Part shown: positions 17,813 through 26,725 of the stretch, piece by piece
Layout of the letters: the number at the start of each line of letters is the position of its first letter
Numbering within the stretch: position 1 is the first letter of the stretch
Origin: an uncultured archaeon
GTDB taxonomy: Archaea > Asgardarchaeota > Lokiarchaeia > Sigyniarchaeales > SOKP01
Direction: 5' to 3'
Assembly: GCA_964583985.1 (NCBI GenBank)
Contig: CAZOYD010000035.1
Location: 1-35,936, forward strand
Length of the DNA: 35,936 nucleotides
Program-made: the position numbers and the translations under genes
Notes under the pieces: model-generated
The model's database searches: none
The model's input: only the letters and a program-made list of their open reading frames with translations
Told to the model about the DNA's origin: nothing

Positions 17813-19504
17813 ATGAGCTTGTTAAAAGAACAAGAAATAGAATCCTTAAAAGCAATACATCCAAAAAAGAAAATTCTGCGTATTTTTTTCTTAGCAATAG
17901 GACTTCTATTAATTTGTATTGGATTCTTATTTCTTATTTTAGGATTTGATTTTGATGTCATTATAATGGAAATAAATTTCTCCATTGTCATTGATATCAT
18001 TATAATAGTAATTGGAATGATAATTACTTCAAAATATTTCATCACATCATATTATTTAAGAGAAAATTCAATTGTTTTTAAAAGAATGAGAGATATGAGA
18101 GAACCTATTGATACGTATATAAAATTCAATTCATTTGCATATACAAGATTGGCTGCGGGTATATTGTTAACAATAGTAGGATTAATATCTCTTTTAGTAT
18201 TTGGAACAGGCATTGGTCATGAAGTACCTTACGGAAGTGCTGTTTTCTTAGGGGGACCATCGTGGTTTTATGTAACAGGATTGCCTGCATTAGGATTTGG
18301 ATTAAGTCTTTTATTGTATTGTGTTTTAAGTTTATTTCGGGGCATATTTTCACAATCAAAAAATTTTTATTTTTTCTATGAAGTTCGATTAGCATTCCCG
18401 TGGTTAACAGAAGTTCCAAAGAAAGATATAGAGGCCGTTCGATATCAAAATAATTATTTGGGTCCAAAAATTCTGTGGATTCCTGCATTATTCCCTTTTA
18501 TAGTTATGCAACTTATGACAGCAATACCATTATTTAGTGCTGAACGTGCTGCTCCCGAGCATGTGTTATCTTGGGTTTTTGTCGTGATCTCTATGATAGA
18601 GATAATAGCTTTATTAATTCTTGTCTGTTTCCAACAAAATTTTTTTGAGATCGTTACAGAATCCAAAGTATATGAGATGTGGTTTTCTCCCATCAAATTA
18701 AAGAAACTTTCTCTTTTTAAAGCTAATTTTAGCAGGTTTTTAGGATGTGATGTTGAGGCTCGAGAGGGTGAAAAAACAAATAACGGAATTTTTAAAGATT
18801 TAGATAACACACATCTTCAAACATTTAACCTGGAATTTGGTTTAATTTTAGTAATATTATCTCTAATTATGCTAATAAATATGGTTTTCTTTGGTCAATT
18901 AGTTTGGTGGTTAGCATTAATATATGGTTCTATTTTACTCCTTAAAGCTTTTAGTCACGATTTTAGTGATACAAATGGGGATATTTTCTTTTATAGCGAT
19001 ACGTTAAAAAAATTTTCCTTTAGAAGAAGATTCCAATATAAATTTCATTATATAACTGCTAAAAATGTTGAGACCATCTCCACCAAAAAATGGTTTAAAA
19101 AATTAGATGCGTTTGATATTATATTCAATACGGGATTGCTTATCTTCTTGATCTCCCAATTGGGTTTTGGATGGGGGCTCGCGGATTCATTTAATTTAAT
19201 TTTAGATAATATTTTCAGCACCATAGTTTCAATAATCATTATTATTGGAATTTTTTATTACCTTTGTTTCCCAATCGATGTAATTGAATTTAAAACAGCA
19301 ACCGTAAAATATAGGATACCTGTCACTTTAAAATTAAAGTATAACAATGTATTTGATAAGTACATAAAAGAGTTCGCTAAATTTTTAAAAAGCAATCAAG
19401 AGAAAGATATGAAAAAAACCTTTTTCATAAGATTAGGAGTGCTGGGCTTGATCATTCTTGGAGTTGTTTCATACGTTTTGATCTTTTTTCTATTTTTCTT
19501 TTAA
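17813..19504 (+). CDS. Large polytopic membrane protein with an internal duplication
   Basis: 563-aa ORF with about 11 TM segments alternating with beta-rich linkers. Confidence 0.75.
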   Translation: MSLLKEQEIESLKAIHPKKKILRIFFLAIGLLLICIGFLFLILGFDFDVIIMEINFSIVIDIIIIVIGMIITSKYFITSYYLRENSIVFKRMRDMREPIDTYIKFNSFAYTRLAAGILLTIVGLISLLVFGTGIGHEVPYGSAVFLGGPSWFYVTGLPALGFGLSLLLYCVLSLFRGIFSQSKNFYFFYEVRLAFPWLTEVPKKDIEAVRYQNNYLGPKILWIPALFPFIVMQLMTAIPLFSAERAAPEHVLSWVFVVISMIEIIALLILVCFQQNFFEIVTESKVYEMWFSPIKLKKLSLFKANFSRFLGCDVEAREGEKTNNGIFKDLDNTHLQTFNLEFGLILVILSLIMLINMVFFGQLVWWLALIYGSILLLKAFSHDFSDTNGDIFFYSDTLKKFSFRRRFQYKFHYITAKNVETISTKKWFKKLDAFDIIFNTGLLIFLISQLGFGWGLADSFNLILDNIFSTIVSIIIIIGIFYYLCFPIDVIEFKTATVKYRIPVTLKLKYNNVFDKYIKEFAKFLKSNQEKDMKKTFFIRLGVLGLIILGVVSYVLIFFLFFF

Positions 19505-19554
19505 TTAATTTCTAGATTGGAAAAGATTTAATCTTAATTCCAACTAATCTTTTC

Positions 19555-19827
19555 ATGTCAGATCAATTAAAACTAATTATGTATCTAAAGATAATGATCT
19601 CGGATTTGGTATACATAAATAGTGTCATGGCTACTGAATTAATTAAGATCAATGAAAATTTATCTGCACTTAGACACGGGGAAGAATTTTTAAAAAATAG
19701 CACTTGTATTGAGGAACACTCAGCAATTTCAGAACATATAATTAAGATTGTGGATAAATATAATAAGACTGACAGTGAACTCGTGAGGAAAGAAGTTTTA
19801 GAGAAACATGTCTTAAAACACGATTAG
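19555..19827 (+). CDS. Hypothetical helical protein
   Basis: 90-aa ORF, 5 bp upstream of the hydrolase gene. Confidence 0.65.
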   Translation: MSDQLKLIMYLKIMISDLVYINSVMATELIKINENLSALRHGEEFLKNSTCIEEHSAISEHIIKIVDKYNKTDSELVRKEVLEKHVLKHD

Positions 19828-19832
19828 GAAAA

Positions 19833-20555
19833 ATGATAGAAATGAAAATAATAGAAGAGACTGTCGACATTCCAATAGCAGGAACCAATTTAAATTTGAA
19901 GGGGTCAATTTATTTTTCAGAACAGACTCCTAATAAAGCACCATTCATTATCAATGTGGCGGGATTAAATCAGCATAGAGGAAAATACCTAGAAAAATTT
20001 TTTTCGGAGCAATTCGCTTTAAATGGATTTTATGTTTTAGGTTATGATCACAGAGCGCATGGTGAAACAAGCAAGCAGACTGGTTCTCTTTGGCTAAAAC
20101 ATATAAAGGAGATCTTCAATGATATCAATCGTGTTGTTTCTTGGATCTTAGAAACTCAGAAGGACCGCCTTTTGAATGATCAAATCGCCATGTTTGGTCG
20201 TAGTTTAGGAGGTGCGATAATTTTAACAAGAGGTTACCTTGATAAGAGGGTTAGTAAATTGATAGCATTATGTACTAGGTATGATTACCACACCACGAAA
20301 GTTAAATTTCCTGAAGATGTTATATCTTATATCAGTCCCATAAATGTATTAGAAATAGATATAGGAAATGATTCAAGAATTATTATTGCACATTGTAAAG
20401 ATGATGAATTCATCCCATTCGAAAATTTAAAATTAATCAAAAATCATTTTGGATTAAGTGATGGCAATGCCATTAAATATGATACTGGAGGACACACATT
20501 TAAAGGACATAGAGAAGAAATTATTCATCACGCAATAGAATTTCTTAAACTTTGA
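19833..20555 (+). CDS. Alpha/beta hydrolase
   Basis: YDHRAHGET, GRSLGG nucleophile elbow, HCKDDEFIP (Asp) and GGH (His). Confidence 0.9.
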   Translation: MIEMKIIEETVDIPIAGTNLNLKGSIYFSEQTPNKAPFIINVAGLNQHRGKYLEKFFSEQFALNGFYVLGYDHRAHGETSKQTGSLWLKHIKEIFNDINRVVSWILETQKDRLLNDQIAMFGRSLGGAIILTRGYLDKRVSKLIALCTRYDYHTTKVKFPEDVISYISPINVLEIDIGNDSRIIIAHCKDDEFIPFENLKLIKNHFGLSDGNAIKYDTGGHTFKGHREEIIHHAIEFLKL

Positions 20556-20607
20556 ATTAAAAAAATAAATTAGAATGTAACTTTTCTTATGTATTGAGGT
20601 TGAAAAA

Positions 20608-21516
20608 ATGGAGAAGATTTTAGTGATTGGTCCAGCATCCCAAATGTTGGGCATGAGAATCAGCAGAGAGTTAGGAATAAAATCAGTCAATGTGGAAACA
20701 AAAACTTTCCCAGATGGAGAAAATTATCTAAGGATTAATATTGATGATGAAGCCCTTATCAAAAATAAGGAAGTATTCATAATCCAATCGATGGGACCAA
20801 GCGCCAGAGGTAATCAAAATGCTTGTTTTTTGGAATTACTAATGATGATTGAATCGGTAAAATTAATGGGTGCTGTTAAAACAATTATAATTGTTCCATA
20901 TCTAGCATATGCTCGCCAAGATAAGTTATTTAGAATTGGAGAGTGCACTTTTGCTAAAACCATTCTGAAAGTTATAAATTCATTAGGGATTGATGGTTTT
21001 TTTACAGTAGATATCCACAATCCGGATGTACTAAAAGAACTATCGTGTAAAGCTACTAATATTGATTCAATGGCGGTACTTGCTAAGTACATCCAATCAG
21101 GTGGAGTAAAAGACGTTGTCGTTGTTTCTCCAGACAAAGGGGCTATTGAGAGATCTAAAGCCTTTGCACGTCACTTTGGAGAAAAGATTCCTGTTGATTA
21201 CTTTGATAAAAAGAGAGATGTGAAGACTGGAGAAATCACCATGAAGGGGCAATTAAGTTTAAAGAATAGAGATGTAATAATTGCTGATGATATAATCGCA
21301 ACTGGGGGTACAATGGCACAAGCAATAAAAATTGCTAAAGAAAGTGGAGCTAATAGAGTTTTTGCCGTCGCTACACATGCATTGATGTTACAACAAGCTA
21401 CTTATAGAATATTAGAAGCAGGAGCCGATGAAATTATTGGAACTGATACTATTGATAATGAAATGGCAAAAGTGTCTCTTGCTGAAGTTATTGCAGAATA
21501 TTTAAAAAGTAATTAA
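20608..21516 (+). CDS. prs: Ribose-phosphate pyrophosphokinase
   Basis: FPDGE, PYLAYARQDK, VDIH, SPDKGA and DDIIATGGT. Confidence 0.97.
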   Translation: MEKILVIGPASQMLGMRISRELGIKSVNVETKTFPDGENYLRINIDDEALIKNKEVFIIQSMGPSARGNQNACFLELLMMIESVKLMGAVKTIIIVPYLAYARQDKLFRIGECTFAKTILKVINSLGIDGFFTVDIHNPDVLKELSCKATNIDSMAVLAKYIQSGGVKDVVVVSPDKGAIERSKAFARHFGEKIPVDYFDKKRDVKTGEITMKGQLSLKNRDVIIADDIIATGGTMAQAIKIAKESGANRVFAVATHALMLQQATYRILEAGADEIIGTDTIDNEMAKVSLAEVIAEYLKSN

Positions 21517-21526
21517 CTTGACTTTC

Positions 21527-22063
21527 TTACTGAATTAATTTCATGATTAATGTTTTAGTCTTTATTTTTAAATCTATAATATTAGAATTATTTTCAATGA
21601 TATAATCGGCATTCTTAATTACTTCTTCCAAACCAAAACCGATTTCTCTTAGATCTCTTTCTTTAATATCAGATTTCTTATCTGAATCATCCATCCGAGC
21701 CCTATTACTTATCCATTGATATCGTAATTGATCATCTGCAATTATAGCTATCATTAAAAAGTTCCAATATTTTCTAAATACTTTTATTTCAGCCATAGAT
21801 CTAATTCCGTCAATGAATATTGGTGATTTCATATTATCTTTGATTAATTCAACGCATTTTTCGGCGACTATTTCATCCCCACCATTTTTACGGAGTTCTT
21901 TTGCGATTCTTCCTAAATTTTCATCTGTGGGCAATAAACCCATTTTCTTAGCTTCATTTCTGATAACATCACCCATCATGATGATTGTTCCTAATTCTGC
22001 AATTGCTTCGAGTGCAGTTGATTTTCCAGAGCCTGGAAGCCCACAAAAGCCTAAAACTTTCAT
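21527..22063 (-). CDS. P-loop nucleotide kinase (UPF0200/dephospho-CoA-kinase-like)
   Basis: GLPGSGKS, MGDVIR, IDGIRS and ERDLREIGFG. Confidence 0.85.
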   Translation of the reverse strand: MKVLGFCGLPGSGKSTALEAIAELGTIIMMGDVIRNEAKKMGLLPTDENLGRIAKELRKNGGDEIVAEKCVELIKDNMKSPIFIDGIRSMAEIKVFRKYWNFLMIAIIADDQLRYQWISNRARMDDSDKKSDIKERDLREIGFGLEEVIKNADYIIENNSNIIDLKIKTKTLIMKLIQ

Positions 22064-22168
22064 GATTATTAAAACTAATTAATGATAAATATAAAAAATA
22101 CTATAAAAGAATAAAAGGAATTCGCACTATAATTAATTTGTCAAATTAGTCAATTAACTGAATCTGGT

Positions 22169-23428
22169 ATGACGAAAGAAAGTACTGAGCAAAAAATCAA
22201 TAAACGAACTGCTGGTCTCGAAGATAAACCAAGCGATGAATTAGAAAATGGATTAGAGGATAATTCCTCAGAATTTGGTGAATTTTTGAATATCGACAAG
22301 TTGATTGAAAAACGAGATCCAGTAGTGTTTAAAACTCCGGCTAAACTCACGTTTAATGCATATAAGCGCATTATTAGTTATGCTCTAAGATATGCTAGTG
22401 ATCTTATTTCAGAAAAAAACTGGAAAGAAGTCTATGGTATTCTTATTGGAACAGTTGAAAATAATAAAAAGGTTATTATTAAAGATGCAATCCCAATGCT
22501 AGTAGGGGAAAGAGCAGGCGTCAAATATGAAAATAAACAATACGTTGATATGGCTCAAATTGATGAATCTATTTATGAGCGCTCAGTTCGAGATAAAAAG
22601 AATGATTTTATAATTGGATGGTGGCATACTCATCCAGGCTTTGAGTTTAGATTTTCTGATATTGACACGCAAACCCAACTTGGCTACCAACTTCCAAACC
22701 CATTTGCTGTTGCTCTAATCTTTAATCATTGTAAATTAAAATCAAATAGTTTTTATCTTGGATTAGCTGCATTACGTTTAGCAAACCCGGAGAGAGGAAT
22801 GTTTTCTAGCTATGATTACATTAATTTAGAAGTTGAATTAGACCAAGAGAAGATGTTAGATAAAGCCCAAAAAATTGTTAAAGATAATTTTAAAAATTTC
22901 CATAAAATATTAAATGAAATTAAATATATTGATGAAATTTTGCGTAAGAAAGCTCTTGCTCAGTTACAAAGGAATTTCGGACTCATATTAGTACCAAAAG
23001 AAGATATTGTTATTACGGATAAAGAAGAAAACACGGAAGAAGACGAGAGATTTTTATATGAGTGGGATCCAGAATTTTTTAAAAAAAGTTTTCGTATCCC
23101 TAAATTCAGAGAGAAAATTGAAGAAGAAATCAAAAAAAATGAGAAAATATTAGAAGAATTGCTTGAATCAAATGAAAATAAAAAATTCGAACAAAAAAAA
23201 GAGAAATTTAAGAAAAAGGTTAAAGGAATATTAGCAAAACCAAATGACTGGTTTAATAAACTTAGTTCGGAGTTTGCTAAAAGGATTGAAATCATTTATC
23301 CTTATTATGATTATTTGGATACTAGTGAGAGAAAGATATTAGAACATTTTGAAAGTAGAAGTATTGAGTACTATAAAATTTTAGATTCTCTGAACACTCG
23401 AGCACAATTTAATCTAAGTTTGGAGTGA
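22169..23428 (+). CDS. JAB1/MPN+ (JAMM) metalloprotease with a C-terminal helical extension
   Basis: KEVYGILIG...IIGWWHTHPGFEFRFSDID is a complete E-HxH-S-D JAMM motif. Confidence 0.9.
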   Translation: MTKESTEQKINKRTAGLEDKPSDELENGLEDNSSEFGEFLNIDKLIEKRDPVVFKTPAKLTFNAYKRIISYALRYASDLISEKNWKEVYGILIGTVENNKKVIIKDAIPMLVGERAGVKYENKQYVDMAQIDESIYERSVRDKKNDFIIGWWHTHPGFEFRFSDIDTQTQLGYQLPNPFAVALIFNHCKLKSNSFYLGLAALRLANPERGMFSSYDYINLEVELDQEKMLDKAQKIVKDNFKNFHKILNEIKYIDEILRKKALAQLQRNFGLILVPKEDIVITDKEENTEEDERFLYEWDPEFFKKSFRIPKFREKIEEEIKKNEKILEELLESNENKKFEQKKEKFKKKVKGILAKPNDWFNKLSSEFAKRIEIIYPYYDYLDTSERKILEHFESRSIEYYKILDSLNTRAQFNLSLE

Positions 23429-23529
23429 AAATGTGATTTAGAAGAACGTTTATATTATTTGTATTATATTTATACATAGACTTCTTTTGTATCCCAATTA
23501 AATTAAATATTTTAACGGTTAACTACTCA

Positions 23530-23868
23530 ATGCCTATAGAAACAACATATATAATTAAAAATCGCTCTGATAAAGAGAAGACTATTAAAGATGCCATTTT
23601 TGCATTTTCTGGTGGTACCCGTTCCATATTACTAAGAGGAGAAGGAGATGAAATATCAACAGCTGTAGAAATAGCTGAAATTATAAAAAATAGAATGTAT
23701 CCTTCTTTAGAGATAGCTAATATATCACTGGGAAGCAGGCCATATTTTGATAATAGATCTCGCGGTTATAACCGGAACGATAGAAATAATAGGAATAGTA
23801 GGAGTAGCAAAAACTCTAAAGATTTAATATCTAAAATCGAAATAACATTATCAAAGTCTAATCAATAA
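23530..23868 (+). CDS. Divergent Alba-family nucleic-acid-binding protein
   Basis: ILLRGEGDEISTAVEIAEIIKNR...ISLGS...ISKIEITLSK matches the Alba core. Confidence 0.85.
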   Translation: MPIETTYIIKNRSDKEKTIKDAIFAFSGGTRSILLRGEGDEISTAVEIAEIIKNRMYPSLEIANISLGSRPYFDNRSRGYNRNDRNNRNSRSSKNSKDLISKIEITLSKSNQ

Positions 23869-23869
23869 A

Positions 23870-24052
23870 ATGTCGTTTGAAAAACTAGGACCATTATTAG
23901 GAGAAGCTAGAACAAGCAGTGTATGTATGATATGCAATAATTTTATTTATAAACGAATTTATCGTGATGAGAATTCCTCAGGCAACCAAAAGGTAGTATT
24001 TGTCTGTAAAAACTGTCTAAGAAATAATCACCAAGCAGAACATTCAGAATAA
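23870..24052 (+). CDS. Small zinc-finger protein
   Basis: CMIC...CKNC; 1 bp after the Alba-like stop codon. Confidence 0.7.
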   Translation: MSFEKLGPLLGEARTSSVCMICNNFIYKRIYRDENSSGNQKVVFVCKNCLRNNHQAEHSE

Positions 24053-24068
24053 GCAAAAGCTATTATAA

Positions 24069-24884
24069 CTAATTGGATAATTTCTGTCTTTGACGTTTAT
24101 CAAGGAATTTTCCCCAATTGAAAGTTAAGATAAAAAACATCACACTAAGAGTTACCAAAAGCATCACTGCTTCCGTAATTACACTAGATATGTCATTAAT
24201 ATCTATTCCACTAGCAGCATATCCTAATATGATAAAAAGTGGAAGAATAGCATAGAAAAAGGTAGTGATATTCTTACCGAGCCATCCCCAAATTATACAT
24301 TTCGTAATATTTATTTTCTTATCTGACATCCCGAGAGCAATCCATAAAGGGTCATCGGGGATGGGTAGTGCTGCGGCTGCAAAAATGAATAAATACATGC
24401 TCTTGGGGTGCTCCAATACTAATCTTCCAAATCCCTTGACATTTTTAAGAGTTTGATTAGAAACTTTTTTAGCAACTTTTTTTGTTCCCAATCCTACTAA
24501 AAAACTAAGCATTTCTCCCAAGATACTCCCTAAACCTCCAATTACAGTAATTCCTAAGATTTCAAACCAGAAAAAGCCGTTTCCCAGAATTTCACTCACA
24601 ACTAAATCCATTGAATATTTGTAATATATAGGTTGTGATAGCGAAAAAAGTACAAAAGGATAAGGTATGGGAAATCCAATACTTGCGTTTCCAATTAAAC
24701 ATATGAAAAAAGAGATTAGCAATGCAAGTAAATAATTCGATCCTTCAGTGAAAATTGCCATATTTTTTCTTGCGTTGATGATTACTGCTTGAAATTCAGG
24801 TATAGTTAAAAATAATAATAAGTATATGATAATTGCTATATAGAAAAACGTAAATACAATAATTAGTTTTTTAGGAATAGCCAT
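24069..24884 (-). CDS. VTT/DedA (SNARE-associated Golgi protein) family membrane protein
   Basis: FPIPYP, GGLGSILGEMLSFLVG and AAALPIPDD motifs. Confidence 0.8.
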   Translation of the reverse strand: MAIPKKLIIVFTFFYIAIIIYLLLFLTIPEFQAVIINARKNMAIFTEGSNYLLALLISFFICLIGNASIGFPIPYPFVLFSLSQPIYYKYSMDLVVSEILGNGFFWFEILGITVIGGLGSILGEMLSFLVGLGTKKVAKKVSNQTLKNVKGFGRLVLEHPKSMYLFIFAAAALPIPDDPLWIALGMSDKKINITKCIIWGWLGKNITTFFYAILPLFIILGYAASGIDINDISSVITEAVMLLVTLSVMFFILTFNWGKFLDKRQRQKLSN

Positions 24885-24906
24885 ACTATAAATCCCCTCT
24901 ACATTT

Positions 24907-25296
24907 TCACCGTACTTTAGAAAATTTTGTATTTAGCCCATTTTTCGCCTCTAAAAATAAATTTAAATTTTTAGTCACTTTTCCAACCTTACTAACTTTA
25001 TAAGGAAACTCAAAATCTTCCAATAATATTACTAATTCGTCACTTTTTGGGTTATAAAGGATATCTCCCTTTTGTCCTTTTTTTTCAGCTCTTGAATCTA
25101 GACCCTTATAAATTTCCATCCCTGGAATGGACCAATAATTCTTTCGAGTGAAATTAAATCTCCCTCTCAATGCAAAGGGCATTTTTCTCAGAACTGCATC
25201 AGCACATAGCGGATTATAATGTCGATTGATTACACCTTTAATGTCTCCAATACCAAATAGTTCAATTTTAATAGATACATCTCCACTATCAGACAT
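24907..25296 (-). CDS. Cyclophilin-like fold protein (TM1367-like)
   Basis: NPLCADAVLRKMPF, KGDILYNP..ELVI and VSKVGKV. Confidence 0.7.
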   Translation of the reverse strand: MSDSGDVSIKIELFGIGDIKGVINRHYNPLCADAVLRKMPFALRGRFNFTRKNYWSIPGMEIYKGLDSRAEKKGQKGDILYNPKSDELVILLEDFEFPYKVSKVGKVTKNLNLFLEAKNGLNTKFSKVR

Positions 25297-25380
25297 GCTC
25301 TATAATTATATGTATTTAGATTATATATATTATTTCAAAATTTAGCAATTTATCAAGTGTTAAGAGATTCTCTATTAATA

Positions 25381-25394
25381 GCAACATTTAAATA
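25381..25394 (+). promoter_or_regulatory. Archaeal TATA box for the putative ncRNA
   Basis: TTTAAATA at 25387-25394 ends about 23 nt upstream of the helix start at 25417, which is canonical archaeal spacing. Confidence 0.55.
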
Positions 25395-25416
25395 CGTAAT
25401 TTGTTACAATTATATT

Positions 25417-25877
25417 TGGACAATAGTAATGGTCTTTGCATTGGTTAAAGATTCGTTAATTCGGATTATACGATGAATAAGTTATTTTAATTATTTTTAT
25501 TCGTTCTTACACTGTCGTTTTTACCATCGAACAATTTTTTATAATGCACTCAAACAAGATTAATTATTTATATAGCATCATTAGAAGGTGCGAATTTACC
25601 GTAGTATGATCACATCATTTAATCTGTAGAGCGGGATGTAATTATAGAGATTTTACCTTAAAATTTACTACCTTGCTTATATTTATGGAGAATTAAATTA
25701 CTTGAGGCATAGAAACTTGAGTTCGTGTTGATTTGAGTTTTTTTGATACTCGAGACAAATAATCTTTATGCAATTAAGCGGAATTGTAAAAAAGGAGTCT
25801 TTTAATAAACGCTTCTGGAATATAAAGTAGTTCCGTACAATCTGTAGTTCTTTTAAATTCGGGGCTACTATTGTCCA
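25417..25877 (+). ncRNA. Large (~460 nt) structured non-coding RNA of unrecognised family
   Basis: Perfect terminal helix TGGACAATAGTA (25417-25428)/TACTATTGTCCA (25866-25877), many nested helices with G-U pairs on the + strand, upstream TATA box, downstream T10, and no ORF in the track. Confidence 0.7.
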
Positions 25878-26701
25878 CTTTTTTTTTTATTAAGATACTC
25901 TAAATCAAATGCAGTATCAATGTCATAAAAAGAACCTTTAGACGTTATTTCGCATGCGAGAATATCTTGAAGATTTTTTTTACAAATTTCATTCAAAACC
26001 TCGCTAATTTTATTAGAGTCAGAGGATTTTAATATTTGAGAGATTAATAATAGAAATTTGTAATTTAAAAAGAAGATAGGAATCATTTGATTTATGTATG
26101 TGTCTTTTTTAATAGTTGAGAGTTCGATTTCTTCAATTTGAGCCATTACTTCGATATCATCTCTTTTAATAGTTGTTACGTTAGAAATTAAATGAGATTT
26201 TTTTTTTATATCGCTAGCCTTGATTCGTGTATAAAAGATTAATGCTCTTCCTTGAATTTTCTGAATTTGTTTAATTATGATTGAAAGGAGATCATTTAAG
26301 AGAACTTGATCAAATATTGTATCACCGGGAAAAACTAATAAATTATTTTGTTCCTTCCTGATTTCGGGGTTATCAAGGAGTGTTAAGAATGTAAATAGGG
26401 GTCCTTTTTTATATTCAGGATGAGCGTTAATAGTAATTATTCGTTCACTAAGAATGGAATCTTGACATTTTAGATTAGAAATATAGGATTCGATCAGTTT
26501 TCCCCTATATCCTAAGATTACAATGATTTTATCTAATCCTTGGCTTAAAAGATTATCAATAATGATGCCTAATAGAGGTTTGTTACCCATTGATTGTATC
26601 TGAATTAAAGATTTAGGACCTTTTATTTTATTTTTTCGAAACCTCGTGCCCATTCCAGCACATAAAATAACCACTAGAAGATTTTCATTTAATTCTTTCA
26701 T
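25868..26701 (-). CDS. Nucleotidyltransferase (NTP_transferase, sugar/polyol-phosphate type)
   Basis: ILCAGMGTRF...GPKSL, FPGD and YDIDT. Confidence 0.85.
   Translation of the reverse strand: MKELNENLLVVILCAGMGTRFRKNKIKGPKSLIQIQSMGNKPLLGIIIDNLLSQGLDKIIVILGYRGKLIESYISNLKCQDSILSERIITINAHPEYKKGPLFTFLTLLDNPEIRKEQNNLLVFPGDTIFDQVLLNDLLSIIIKQIQKIQGRALIFYTRIKASDIKKKSHLISNVTTIKRDDIEVMAQIEEIELSTIKKDTYINQMIPIFFLNYKFLLLISQILKSSDSNKISEVLNEICKKNLQDILACEITSKGSFYDIDTAFDLEYLNKKKSGQ
25879..25888 (+). terminator. Poly-T terminator of the putative ncRNA
   Basis: Ten consecutive Ts starting 2 nt after the terminal helix; overlaps the last codons (KKK) of the convergent gene. Confidence 0.6.
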
Positions 26702-26725
26702 TTTGAGTTGGGCTTATATAAAAAA

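Noticed and set aside
25841-25870. Resemblance to the SRP Alu motif (CTGTAGT...GCTACT)
   Set aside because: It is at the 3' end instead of the 5' end, and the conserved SRP helix 8 motif is absent.
25417-25877. MITE with 12-bp terminal inverted repeats
   Set aside because: No target-site duplication in the flanks and no transposase nearby. The promoter and terminator positions and the strand-specific G-U pairing fit an RNA gene better. Genome-wide copy number is unchecked.
25417-25878. tRNA, intron-containing tRNA or tmRNA (acceptor-like end ...GTCCA)
   Set aside because: No canonical T-arm (5-bp stem with TTCRANY loop), no G3-U70 pair, and no bulge-helix-bulge identified.
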